NCBI GenBank assembly: GCA_009711825.1
Contig: VEMY01000021.1
Coordinates: 64,976-128,975 of the forward strand
Source of the DNA: Bacillota bacterium
GTDB taxonomy: Bacteria; Bacillota; Proteinivoracia; UBA4975; VEMY01
Direction of reading: 5' to 3'
Length of the DNA stretch: 64,000 nucleotides
Under the pieces are notes generated by a model. It ran no database searches. It saw nothing but the letters and a program-made list of their open reading frames with translations, and was not told the DNA's origin. Position 1 is the stretch's first letter, and each line of letters starts with the position of its first letter. The translations under genes were made by a program, and so were the position numbers. Positions 19,701 through 27,427 of the stretch are shown piece after piece.

Positions 19701-19723
19701 ACGCTCGACTATCAAAAATATAA
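16718..19723 (+). CDS. hsdR: Type I restriction endonuclease subunit (helicase/nuclease)
   Basis: 1001 aa. SAGSGKS Walker A motif and a DEAH box IIVDEAHSSQ. Confidence 0.92.
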   Translation: MTIDTKERTFEQEIEYWLTNGAKKTDRYVKGSPSEFSRELAMDTGAVIAFVKDSQPKAWVDLEKRHGADVEREFLKRLCAELDKRGMIDALRHGIVDLGVPIRLAYFKPGSGMNKSLSDLYDKNVLQITRQVKYSTANENSIDTVIFLNGLPIITIELKNPLTGQTYKNAIDQYKNDRNPRELLLAFKKRAIVHFAVDTEEVWMTTWLKKLDTVFLPFNKGYDKGAGNPPVKGDYRTSYLWKEVMRKDSLLDILHRFVQLTKDEKTGKEKLIFPRYHQLDAVREIVDDVFKNGSGKNYLIQHSAGSGKSNSIAWLAHHLANLHDANNEVVFHSIIVITDRRVLDKQLQRDIYNMEHKPGVVVRVDKNSKQLTTALEKGEKIIICTLQKFPFVDVKNVATAGKRFAIIVDEAHSSQTGKASERLKEVLADISAQGEDAIEKKLHEYAVEEAKAEAEEMDPDEEIAAEMAAHGQQDNLSFFAFTATPKQKTLEIFGTKTAAGKPEPFHLYSMRQAIEEGFIFNVLENYTTYETYFQIGKKIADDPVYGKSQANKALGKYMSLHPHNLAQKTEVIVEHFRSQVQHRIGGKAKAMLVTGSRLHAVRYFFEFQKYIKKMGYTDLGVLVAFSGMVKDNVTGEFKEYTEANLNKFPDTETVDKFATGEYQLLLVAEKYQTGFDQPLLHTMYVDKKLSGVKAVQTLSRVNRTCPGKTETFILDFVNSPEDIEKAFQDYYQGTSVAETTDPNTIYDIKNVLDSFMLYTDNEIDAFAKVFFKESKTQGNIDLAKLNSFIDPAVDRYEALTEEQDKMDFKGALSKFIRLYSFLTHIISLGDANLHKFYAYAKCLIRKLPKDGGTRTPSLDNDVTLQYYRLQRVYEGTISLVKEDGVLYGKTSGTGLPLEDEQENLSVILSKLNERLGTNFTNEDKVLEQIVEDMATIDELVLRAKNPLDLFKIIYDNTIMDVVLSRMTKNQEFCEKYLEDEEFRIEIDKILLPLVHARLSKI

Positions 19724-19740
19724 AGTAATCAGGCAAGAAT

Positions 19741-19771
19741 GCGGCGGTAACCCAACCGTCGCTATTTTTTT
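19741..19771 (+). terminator. Rho-independent terminator of the restriction-modification operon
   Basis: Stem GCGGCGG / CCGTCGC (7 bp, one G-U pair), loop taacccaa, then tattttttt. Confidence 0.6.
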
Positions 19772-19802
19772 GAAAATAATGTATCAATATTATAACAGGG
19801 CA

Positions 19803-19831
19803 TTGACATGCAAATTTAATCTTAGTATAAT
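19803..19831 (+). promoter_or_regulatory. Consensus sigma-A promoter TTGACA-N17-TATAAT
   Basis: TTGACA at 19803-19808, TATAAT at 19826-19831, driving the XRE-ImmA unit. Confidence 0.7.
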
Positions 19832-19836
19832 GTAAC

Positions 19837-19849
19837 TATGTTAGCGAAC
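19837..19849. promoter_or_regulatory. Operator half of a 13-bp inverted-repeat pair (TATGTTAGCGAAC), overlapping the predicted transcription start
   Basis: Its perfect reverse complement lies at 21024-21036. It contains the near-palindrome GTTAGCGAAC. Confidence 0.5.
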
Positions 19850-19879
19850 ATATACACAAAAATGAAAGGAGAGCCTATA

Positions 19880-20257
19880 ATGAACGAAAACGAAACAGCT
19901 TTCGGTAAATTCATAGAAGAAAGACGCAAGGCTCTGGGATTAACACTTAGGGGATTTGCAGCTGAACTGGATATTGCACCCGCTTATATGAGCGATATTG
20001 AAAAAGGGCGTCGATATCCCCCTGACAAGAAACTGGATGAAATCGCCCAAATCCTGAAACTGCAGGAGGAGGAAAAAGCCCATATGCTGGATTTGGCAGC
20101 ACTGACCAAAACAAAGACTGTGTCCTCCGACCTTCCTGAATACATTATGGAGAAGGACTTAGCACGAGTTGCCCTCCGTAGGGCGAAATCGGGAAACCTT
20201 TCGGACGAGGGGTGGCGGGAGGTCATCGAGCTTATTAACAAAAAAATTGGCGAGTGA
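19880..20257 (+). CDS. XRE-family HTH repressor (prophage B immunity repressor candidate)
   Basis: 125 aa from the ATG at 19880 (Shine-Dalgarno AAAGGAG). HTH LTLRGFAAELDIAPAYMSDIEKGRRYP. Confidence 0.8.
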   Translation: MNENETAFGKFIEERRKALGLTLRGFAAELDIAPAYMSDIEKGRRYPPDKKLDEIAQILKLQEEEKAHMLDLAALTKTKTVSSDLPEYIMEKDLARVALRRAKSGNLSDEGWREVIELINKKIGE

Positions 20258-20967
20258 CCGCCGACGACAATTCCATGATTGGAGGGAACAGCTTGTATCA
20301 CAACTACTCCCCAGAACGGCTTGAGAAAAAAGCTGAGGAGATTCTCAAAATATATAAACAGGGGGAACTTCTTGTTACACCGCAGGCGATGGATGTAGAC
20401 CACTTTGCGGAATTTCACTTGGATGCAAAGATTGACTTCGCCAACCTATCTCAGGACAAAAAGACCTTAGGATGTACATGCTTCAACGATGGAGTATTGA
20501 TGGTCTGGAATGACGACCGAACAAAACAATACCCGCTTGAGGTTGAAAAGGGTTATATATTTGTCGATAAAGAGATTCTTTGCAGTGAAGTTGAGGGGAG
20601 AGTCCGCTTTACTATCATCCACGAGTGCGCCCACCTTATTCTTCATCGCCGTTTTTACTACCAAAAGCCAGGGAATGTAATACCGAAAATTCAATGTGCC
20701 GTTTATCAAATTGAAGATGGTGCACGGAGATTGCCTATGACAGATGAGGAAGTTCGTGAGTGGCAGGCGAATCGGTTGGCTGCTGCATTAATTATGCCTG
20801 CCAAGACAGTGAGGATGATGATGGCTGAACGTTTGGGAATAGCGGTTGACGCTCTCTCCCCTGTGTACTTATCTGATTCATGCATCAGGGAAATGGCCGA
20901 CATATATAATGTGTCCAAGTCTGCTATGTCGATACGGCTTGAAGATTTGAACTTGTTACTCCATTAA
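20254..20967 (+). CDS. ImmA/IrrE-family zinc metallopeptidase
   Basis: 237 aa with HEXXH motif IIHECAHLILH. Translationally coupled to the XRE gene. Confidence 0.8.
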   Translation: MTADDNSMIGGNSLYHNYSPERLEKKAEEILKIYKQGELLVTPQAMDVDHFAEFHLDAKIDFANLSQDKKTLGCTCFNDGVLMVWNDDRTKQYPLEVEKGYIFVDKEILCSEVEGRVRFTIIHECAHLILHRRFYYQKPGNVIPKIQCAVYQIEDGARRLPMTDEEVREWQANRLAAALIMPAKTVRMMMAERLGIAVDALSPVYLSDSCIREMADIYNVSKSAMSIRLEDLNLLLH

Positions 20968-20971
20968 ATTC

Positions 20972-21010
20972 GGAGAATTCTAAACTTAAGGATTCTCCAT
21001 ATATTTTACC
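20972..21010 (+). terminator. Hairpin GGAGAAT-N13-ATTCTCC followed by an A/T-rich tract
   Basis: Perfect 7-bp inverted repeat immediately after the ImmA stop codon. Confidence 0.4.
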
Positions 21011-21023
21011 CCAGTGTTCGCAA

Positions 21024-21036
21024 GTTCGCTAACATA
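21024..21036. promoter_or_regulatory. Second operator copy (GTTCGCTAACATA); direct repeat GTTCGC at 21016 and 21024
   Basis: Exact reverse complement of 19837-19849, upstream of the first rightward early gene. Confidence 0.5.
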
Positions 21037-21062
21037 GACACAATAAAAACGGAGGTATTTCT

Positions 21063-21281
21063 ATGCAAACAAATACGGTAAAGCGAATGAAGCCCTTCGG
21101 ACACAAGTATCAAAAAAAGCGATTACCCTGTCCAGCTTGTGGTTTCGGTCGGCTGATTGATGCTGAGCAGAATACACATTCAGAGTTACACGTGATGGAA
21201 AAGAATGACCCCTGGAAAGCGGACTACTACACTAAATGCTACCACTGTAAAGCAGAAGTCGGATTGAGAAAAATTGAATAA
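21063..21281 (+). CDS. Small zinc-finger protein
   Basis: 72 aa. CPACGFGRL...CYHCKAEVG. Shine-Dalgarno ACGGAGG. Confidence 0.5.
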   Translation: MQTNTVKRMKPFGHKYQKKRLPCPACGFGRLIDAEQNTHSELHVMEKNDPWKADYYTKCYHCKAEVGLRKIE

Positions 21282-21348
21282 CCACTGAGTACCTTGTACT
21301 GAGCACGGCGCAAATGCCGCTATAAGCGGCAGAGATTAAATATGACGG

Positions 21349-21402
21349 ACGAGCCTGACAAGTAGCTGTAAAGCTATGCGTTTAGGCTCGTTCTTTGCTT
21401 TG
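21349..21402 (+). terminator. Hairpin ACGAGCCT...AGGCTCGT followed by a T-rich tract
   Basis: 8-bp stem with a structured loop, then tctttgctttg. Confidence 0.45.
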
Positions 21403-21437
21403 TAGTTGCTTGTTCAGGCTCCGAAAGGAGCCAAACA

Positions 21438-21830
21438 ATGAAAATCAATTACAAAGATGCAGACGGTAAAATCATTGAGTTAGAGGTATCCGAGGAAGTC
21501 GGAACCTTCTATTTAGAATCCGTGGCAGCAGAGAAGAGCAACGACCGGCGCAATAGTCGCCCTGACCGCCACACCCAATTAAGCACCTTCACCTACGAGG
21601 ATGTGCGCTTCTTTTCTGACGGTACAGACTTACTTGCTGACCTTATGAGTTCTGAAGCAGTCAGCCATGCCATGTCGCAGCTTACAGAACGTCAGCAGTA
21701 CCTTATTCAAAAGTGCTGTATTGAGGGCTGGTCATACACAGACCTAGCCAAACTCGAAGGGAAAGATGAATCAGCTATTCGCCATGCCGTTAACCGCGCA
21801 AAGGACAAGCTGAAAAAAATCCTGTCATAG
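21438..21830 (+). CDS. Sigma-70 region-4-like HTH protein (putative phage transcription regulator)
   Basis: 130 aa. TERQQYLIQKCCIEGWSYTDLAKLEGKDESAIRHAVNRAKDKL resembles sigma region 4. The Shine-Dalgarno lies inside a GGCTCCgaaaGGAGCC hairpin at 21416-21431. Confidence 0.6.
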   Translation: MKINYKDADGKIIELEVSEEVGTFYLESVAAEKSNDRRNSRPDRHTQLSTFTYEDVRFFSDGTDLLADLMSSEAVSHAMSQLTERQQYLIQKCCIEGWSYTDLAKLEGKDESAIRHAVNRAKDKLKKILS

Positions 21831-21895
21831 ACCGTCCGATTTACCATCGCCACATGGTATATGGCGAAGGCAAACAAAATCAGCCTTCGGAAAGG
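21831..21895 (+). promoter_or_regulatory. Copy 1 of a conserved ~65-nt intergenic element (ACCGTCCGA...TGGtATATgGC...hairpin...GCCTTCGGAAAGG)
   Basis: Shares the ACCGTCCGA 5' end, the TGG(C/T)(T/A)TATA box and the SD-containing 3' hairpin arm with 26153-26220 and 53486-53550. Stem 21865-21871 / 21883-21889. Confidence 0.6.
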
Positions 21896-21909
21896 CAAGG
21901 TGATTCCAA

Positions 21910-22122
21910 GTGAAACACATACTCAAAATCAGTGTTTCAAAGGAACCGCAGGACGGCGGGATAGTCGGCTGCCGCCATGTCACCGTGCGGGAAAGGCTGC
22001 TGCGCCTCCTGTTAGGTGACAAGCGAAGGCTGACGGTCATCGTTCCGGGGGACAGCGTAAAGGCACTGTCCATTGTTGAGGAGGGAGGTGAAAACCGTGA
22101 GCAAAACCAAGCTGTTACTTAA
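21910..22122 (+). CDS. Hypothetical small protein (GTG start directly after element copy 1)
   Basis: 70-aa ORF. A Shine-Dalgarno-like GGAAAGGCAAGGTGA lies upstream. Its placement mirrors the other two element copies. Confidence 0.35.
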   Translation: MKHILKISVSKEPQDGGIVGCRHVTVRERLLRLLLGDKRRLTVIVPGDSVKALSIVEEGGENREQNQAVT

Positions 22123-22420
22123 TGTGGTGGGCGATTTGCGTTCCCTTGCGGACAGCCTGCAGGCGGTCGCGGAAGCGATGGCGGGCAATGAACCTGCCGA
22201 AGCCGCCCAGGGCGAAAAACTCGCCACAGCAAAGGAAGCAAAGCCTGCGGCAAAGGCGGTTACGCTGGAACAGGTGCGGGCTGTGCTGGCCGACAAGAGC
22301 CAGCAAGGTTTTACAGCTGATGTGCGGGCTCTGCTGGAAAAGTACGGCGCTCCCAAACTCAGCCAGATAGACCCGGCGAATTATGCTGCACTACTGGCAG
22401 ATGCGGAGGGGTTGAAATGA
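22097..22420 (+). CDS. Hypothetical phage protein (paralog of 6729..7034)
   Basis: GTG start behind a GGGAGGTG Shine-Dalgarno. Shares the LEQVRAVLA...PANYAALLADAE motif. Confidence 0.55.
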   Translation: MSKTKLLLNVVGDLRSLADSLQAVAEAMAGNEPAEAAQGEKLATAKEAKPAAKAVTLEQVRAVLADKSQQGFTADVRALLEKYGAPKLSQIDPANYAALLADAEGLK

Positions 22421-23553
22421 GTGAAGAAAAACAACATGCACTGCTCTCCGCTTCCGCTGCCTATCGCTGGATGAATTGCACACCCTCGGCACGACTGGAG
22501 CAGACATTTCAGGATAACAGCGGCGAGGCGGCTGCAGAAGGTACGGCTGCTCACGCACTGGCTGAACATAAGCTGCGCAGTGCGCTGAAGATGCGGTCGA
22601 AAAAACCCATCTTACAGTACGACTCCAAAGAGATGGACTCATACACGGATGGCTATGTGGAGTTTGTACTAGAGCAGATTGCTCTGGCAAAGAAAACATG
22701 TGTTGACCCACAAGTCCTTATTGAACAGCGGCTAAACTTCTCCAAATACGTGCCAGACGGCTTTGGCACTGGTGACTGCGTAATTATAGCAGACGGGGTA
22801 CTCCACATCATTGACTTTAAGTATGGTCAGGGTGTCCTTGTCAGTGCGGAGGATAATCCGCAAATGAAGCTGTATGCCCTTGGTGCTCTGGAGCTTTTCG
22901 ATGGCATCTATGACATCAGCACAGTGTCCATGACCATCTACCAGCCACGCCGTGAAAACGTCAGCACCTATACGGTTTTCAAGGAATCGCTGTACCAGTG
23001 GGCAGAGGAAATCTTAAAGCCCACAGCGGCAATCGCCTTCAAAGGCGACGGTGATTATGTCCCAGGCGAGCACTGCCAGTTCTGCCGTGCGGCGGTGAAG
23101 TGCCGTGCACGGGCAGAGGAAAAGCTCAAGCTAGCCCGGTTCGAATTCACACTGCCCCCACTGCTTACGGACACCGACATTGAAGAAATCCTCACCAAAC
23201 TGGACGACCTGACATCCTGGGCTAACGACATTAAAGCATACGCTCTGGAAGCGGCGGTCAGCCACGGTAAGGAGTGGCGCGGCTTCAAGTTGGTTGAAGG
23301 GCGTTCCATTAGGAAGTATTTAAACGAAGAAGCCGTCGCAGAAGCGGCTAAGGCAGCCGGGTATCGTGATATCTATGAGACTAAGCTTATCGGCATTACT
23401 GCGATGGAAAAACTGCTCGGTAAGGCAAAATTTCAAGAAATTCTCGGCGGTCTTATTGAAAAACCGCCTGGTAAGCCGACGCTGGTTCCGCTTTCGGACA
23501 AGCGTCAGGCAATCAATACATCTGCAAAGCATGATTTTAAGGAGGAAATGTAA
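22417..23553 (+). CDS. PD-(D/E)XK nuclease, Cas4-like (DUF2800-like)
   Basis: 378 aa. GTGDCVII...HIIDFKYGQG, an N-terminal Cys and CQFCRAAVKC. Paralog of 5575..6732. Confidence 0.7.
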   Translation: MSEEKQHALLSASAAYRWMNCTPSARLEQTFQDNSGEAAAEGTAAHALAEHKLRSALKMRSKKPILQYDSKEMDSYTDGYVEFVLEQIALAKKTCVDPQVLIEQRLNFSKYVPDGFGTGDCVIIADGVLHIIDFKYGQGVLVSAEDNPQMKLYALGALELFDGIYDISTVSMTIYQPRRENVSTYTVFKESLYQWAEEILKPTAAIAFKGDGDYVPGEHCQFCRAAVKCRARAEEKLKLARFEFTLPPLLTDTDIEEILTKLDDLTSWANDIKAYALEAAVSHGKEWRGFKLVEGRSIRKYLNEEAVAEAAKAAGYRDIYETKLIGITAMEKLLGKAKFQEILGGLIEKPPGKPTLVPLSDKRQAINTSAKHDFKEEM

Positions 23554-23555
23554 CC

Positions 23556-24137
23556 ATGTCAAACACAGCAAACAGAGTAAATACCGGGGCAAAATTAAGC
23601 CCCACCAAGGTTATCACAGGCATTGTTCGTCTGAGCTATGCCAACGTCCACGAGCCGAAGTCTATCAATGGCGGGACACCCAAGTACAGCGTGTCTCTTA
23701 TCATTCCCAAAAGTGACACCAAGACCATCGCAGCCATCAATGCCGCAGTGGATGCAGCTATCGAAGAAGGGCGCGGTAAGTTCGGCGGCAAAATTCCAAA
23801 CAAGGCCGCTTTGAAACTCCCGCTCCGCGATGGTGACATTGATCGTCCGGACGACGAAGCCTATGCAAACAGCTACTTCGTAAACGCCAACAGCAACTCC
23901 GCACCGGAGATTGTGGACAAGGCGCTTAACCCCATCATGAGCCGCTCGGAGGTTTACTCCGGTGTGTATGCAAGGGTCAGTGTGAACTTCTACGCTTTTA
24001 ATTCCAACGGTAATCGTGGCATCGCCTGCGGACTGGGGAATATCCAAAAAATCCGCGATGGAGAGCCGCTTGGCGGCAAGACCAGTGCAGCTGACGATTT
24101 CACCTCGGATTATGACGGCGAAGATTTTCTGGAATAA
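23556..24137 (+). CDS. SSB-like replication protein (DUF2815-like), acidic C-terminus
   Basis: 193 aa. Paralog of 4868..5551. C-terminus ADDFTSDYDGEDFLE. Confidence 0.6.
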   Translation: MSNTANRVNTGAKLSPTKVITGIVRLSYANVHEPKSINGGTPKYSVSLIIPKSDTKTIAAINAAVDAAIEEGRGKFGGKIPNKAALKLPLRDGDIDRPDDEAYANSYFVNANSNSAPEIVDKALNPIMSRSEVYSGVYARVSVNFYAFNSNGNRGIACGLGNIQKIRDGEPLGGKTSAADDFTSDYDGEDFLE

Positions 24138-24202
24138 CAGCAAAAACAACCATGGATGGGGCGGCGGGGCAACTTGCCGCCCTTTTCCGCTATGGAGGGC
24201 GT

Positions 24203-26137
24203 ATGAGAAATATTAGCATCGATGTTGAAACGTATAGCGATCGTGATCTATCCAAGTGCGGTGTCTATAAGTATGCTGAGTCACCTGATTTTGAAATTCT
24301 GCTGTTCGGTTACGCCGTTGACGGAGGAAAGGTACATGTCATTGATTTGGCAAACGGCGAAACATTGCCGGAGGAAATCAAGGAAGCTTTGATAGATAAA
24401 AATGTCACGAAATGGGCCTTCAACGCTCAGTTTGAGCGGATTTGCTTATCGCGTTATTTGGAAATATGGCTGGGAGCGGAATCATGGCGATGCACGATGA
24501 TCTGGGCAGCGTACATGGGACTTCCCCTATCTCTGGAAGGCGCAGGTGCGGTGCTCGGATTGGAAAAGCAGAAACTGAAGGAAGGAAAAGACCTCATCCG
24601 ATATTTCTCCGTGTCCTGCAAACCTACCAAGGCTAACGGCGGACGCACACGGAATCTCCCCACCGACGCGCCGGACAAATGGGAGCAGTTCAAAGCATAT
24701 AACGCCCGTGATGTGGAGACCGAAATAGCGATTCAGGTGCGACTTCAAAAGTTCCCCGTGCCGGAGGACGAATGGCAGAACTATATTCTTGATCAGCATA
24801 TCAATGACAGGGGCATCCGGCTAGACATGGGTCTGGTTACAAAAGCAATCCGATGTGAAGAGCGGGCAAAGGCTGAACTTACCCGATTAATGAAGGAAAT
24901 GACCGCACTAGACAACCCCAACTCGGTCGCGCAGATGAAGGCGTGGCTGGCCGATAACGGTCTGGAGACAGACACCCTTGGTAAGGCGGCGGTTAAGGAA
25001 CTGCTGAAAACAGCACCGGAGAATCTGGCAGAGGTGTTGACACTCAGGCAATCCTTGGCCAAGAGTAGCGTGAAGAAATATACGGCGATGGAGAGTGTCG
25101 TCTGCTCAGACAGCAGGGCCAGAGGGCTCTTGCAGTTTTATGGTGCAAACCGAACCGGGCGCTGGGCGGGTAGGTTGATTCAGGTGCAGAACCTGCCCCA
25201 GAACCATCTGCCGGATTTGGCACAGGCTCGAAGCCTTGTGAAAAGCGGCAACTTCGAAATGCTGGAAGCCCTCTATGATTCCGTTCCCGGTGTCCTGTCC
25301 GAACTCATCCGTACAGCCTTTGTTCCGAAACCGGGCTGTAATTTCATTGTAGCCGATTTCAGTGCGATTGAAGCTCGTGTCATAGCATGGCTTGCTGGGG
25401 AAGTGTGGCGCAATGAGGTGTTTGCTACTCACGGTAAGATCTATGAAGCGTCGGCAAGTCAGATGTTCCAAGTGCCCATTGAGGAAATCACCAAGGGCAG
25501 CCCGCTCCGGCAAAAGGGTAAGATTGCGGAGCTCGCCCTTGGCTACGGTGGCTCGGTAGGCGCATTAAAAACCATGGGTGCATTGGATATGGGTGTCACG
25601 GAAGCAGAACTACAACCGTTGGTGAATGCTTGGAGAACTGCCAATCCCAACATTGTACGGCTATGGTGGGACGTGGACAAGGCGGCCATGACCGCAGTTC
25701 GGGAACGGACAACAATAGACACCCACGGTATCCGTTTTGAGTGCAAAAGCGGAATGCTGTTTATAACCCTGCCTTCCGGCAGGCGGCTTGCCTATGTGAA
25801 GCCTAATATCGGTCAGAACCGCTTTGGAGGTGACGCTGTTACCTACGAAGGGGTGGGTGCGACGAAAAAATGGGAGCGCATCGAATCCTATGGTCCCAAG
25901 TTTGTGGAAAACATCGTGCAGGCAATTTCCCGTGACATCCTCTGCTATGCCATGCGGAGACTGGATAATATGGGACTCTCCATTGTTATGAGCGTTCACG
26001 ATGAGGTAGTCATTGAAGCATCACCAGATGTGTCGCTTGAGTCTGTTTGTAGCTGTATGGCAGAAACCCCTCCCTGGGCAAAAGGACTTTTGCTTCGTGC
26101 CGATGGGTTCTTGTGCCCATTTTATAAAAAAGATTAA
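24203..26137 (+). CDS. Family A DNA polymerase
   Basis: ATG at 24203 (Shine-Dalgarno GGAGGG). IDVETYSD, DFSAIEARVIAWLA, HDEVVIE. Paralog of 2928..4865. Confidence 0.9.
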   Translation: MRNISIDVETYSDRDLSKCGVYKYAESPDFEILLFGYAVDGGKVHVIDLANGETLPEEIKEALIDKNVTKWAFNAQFERICLSRYLEIWLGAESWRCTMIWAAYMGLPLSLEGAGAVLGLEKQKLKEGKDLIRYFSVSCKPTKANGGRTRNLPTDAPDKWEQFKAYNARDVETEIAIQVRLQKFPVPEDEWQNYILDQHINDRGIRLDMGLVTKAIRCEERAKAELTRLMKEMTALDNPNSVAQMKAWLADNGLETDTLGKAAVKELLKTAPENLAEVLTLRQSLAKSSVKKYTAMESVVCSDSRARGLLQFYGANRTGRWAGRLIQVQNLPQNHLPDLAQARSLVKSGNFEMLEALYDSVPGVLSELIRTAFVPKPGCNFIVADFSAIEARVIAWLAGEVWRNEVFATHGKIYEASASQMFQVPIEEITKGSPLRQKGKIAELALGYGGSVGALKTMGALDMGVTEAELQPLVNAWRTANPNIVRLWWDVDKAAMTAVRERTTIDTHGIRFECKSGMLFITLPSGRRLAYVKPNIGQNRFGGDAVTYEGVGATKKWERIESYGPKFVENIVQAISRDILCYAMRRLDNMGLSIVMSVHDEVVIEASPDVSLESVCSCMAETPPWAKGLLLRADGFLCPFYKKD

Positions 26138-26152
26138 AAGAAATTTTTCTAT

Positions 26153-26220
26153 ACCGTCCGAATCCGTCCTTTCCTGTGGCTTATACCGAAGGCCACAACA
26201 AAACTGAGCCTTCGGAAAGG
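26153..26220 (+). promoter_or_regulatory. Copy 2 of the conserved intergenic element
   Basis: ACCGTCCGAAT...TGGCTTATACC...stem CCGAAGGC (26186-26193) / GCCTTCGG (26208-26215)...GAAAGG, 10 nt before the antirepressor ATG. Confidence 0.6.
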
Positions 26221-26229
26221 ACAAACCAT

Positions 26230-27015
26230 ATGAACGAACTAAAAATTTTCTCCTACGAGGGGAAAGAGGTCAGAACGATTCAGAGAAATGGGGAGCCGTG
26301 GTGGGTGCTGAAAGATGTATGTGATGTATTAGGATTGACGACACCTACCAGAGTAGCTGAGCGGCTTGACGAAGATGAAGTGAGTCAGACTCATCTCACC
26401 GACGCAATCGGCAGACAACAGGAAACTCTTATTGTCAGTGAGAGCGGGCTTTACAATGTTATCCTGCGCTCTGATAAGCCGGAAGCCAAGAAGTTCAAAC
26501 GCTGGGTTACTCACGAGGTTCTACCGCAAATCCGCAAACATGGCGCATACATCACCACCTCCAAGCTGGAAGAGATCATGAATGATCCCGATTCCTGGAT
26601 TAAGCTGCTTACAGCCCTTAAGAAAGAGCGGCAGGAAAAGGAACGACTCCAGCTTCAGGCCGCTGAAGACAGGCCCAAAGTGGTCTTTGCCGATGCGGTG
26701 TCGGTCTCGGAAGGCACCATCCTTATTGGCGAGCTGGCAAAAATCCTCAAAGGCAATGGAATAGAAATTGGGCAGAACCGCTTGTTTGAAAGGCTCCGAC
26801 AGGACGGCTTCCTCATCAAGCGCAAAGGCACCGATTACAATGCACCGACCCAGAAGGCAATGGAACTGGGGCTGTTTAGGGTCAAGGAAACCGCCATCAC
26901 CCATTCAGACGGACATGTCACCATTTCCAAGACCACTAAGGTGACCGGCAAAGGACAGCAGTATTTTATCAATTATTTTCTCGGTGGAGGTGCGAATGGC
27001 CATGGACAGGCGTAA
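26230..27015 (+). CDS. Phage antirepressor (Bro-N N-terminal domain plus KilA-C-like C-terminal domain)
   Basis: ATG at 26230. N-terminus MNELKIFSYEGKEVRTIQRNGEPWWVLKDVCDVLGL is a Bro-N signature. Confidence 0.75.
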   Translation: MNELKIFSYEGKEVRTIQRNGEPWWVLKDVCDVLGLTTPTRVAERLDEDEVSQTHLTDAIGRQQETLIVSESGLYNVILRSDKPEAKKFKRWVTHEVLPQIRKHGAYITTSKLEEIMNDPDSWIKLLTALKKERQEKERLQLQAAEDRPKVVFADAVSVSEGTILIGELAKILKGNGIEIGQNRLFERLRQDGFLIKRKGTDYNAPTQKAMELGLFRVKETAITHSDGHVTISKTTKVTGKGQQYFINYFLGGGANGHGQA

Positions 27016-27427
27016 CAGCGAAGGATACCCCGACCCCACCGCCGCAGAAGCCCTGACAAACGTGGCTCTGGAGGAAAAAGCAAAAGTAAAGCAATACCGC
27101 CCGCTTGTCTATATTTGCTCGCCCTTTGCGGGGGATATTGACTACAATACAAGCCGTGCCCGCGGTTATTGCCGGTTTGCGGTCAGCGAGGGGTGTATTC
27201 CCCTTGCACCGCACCTCCACTACCCACAGTTCATGGATGACACCGATAAGGAAAGCCGTGAGCTTGGGCTATTTTTTGCACTGATTCTCCTTACCAAATG
27301 TGACACGGTGTGGGTGTTCGGCAGCCGGATTTCGGATGGAATGACCCGAGAAATTGCCAAAGCCAGGAGATGCGGGATTCCGATCCGGTACTTTAACGAG
27401 AAATGCCAGGAGGTGCAAGGCACATGA
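26984..27427 (+). CDS. DUF4406-like phage protein (nucleoside 2-deoxyribosyltransferase-like fold)
   Basis: 147 aa. YICSPFAGDIDYN...VWVFGSRISDGMTREIAKARRCGIPIRYF. Confidence 0.5.
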   Translation: MEVRMAMDRRNSEGYPDPTAAEALTNVALEEKAKVKQYRPLVYICSPFAGDIDYNTSRARGYCRFAVSEGCIPLAPHLHYPQFMDDTDKESRELGLFFALILLTKCDTVWVFGSRISDGMTREIAKARRCGIPIRYFNEKCQEVQGT

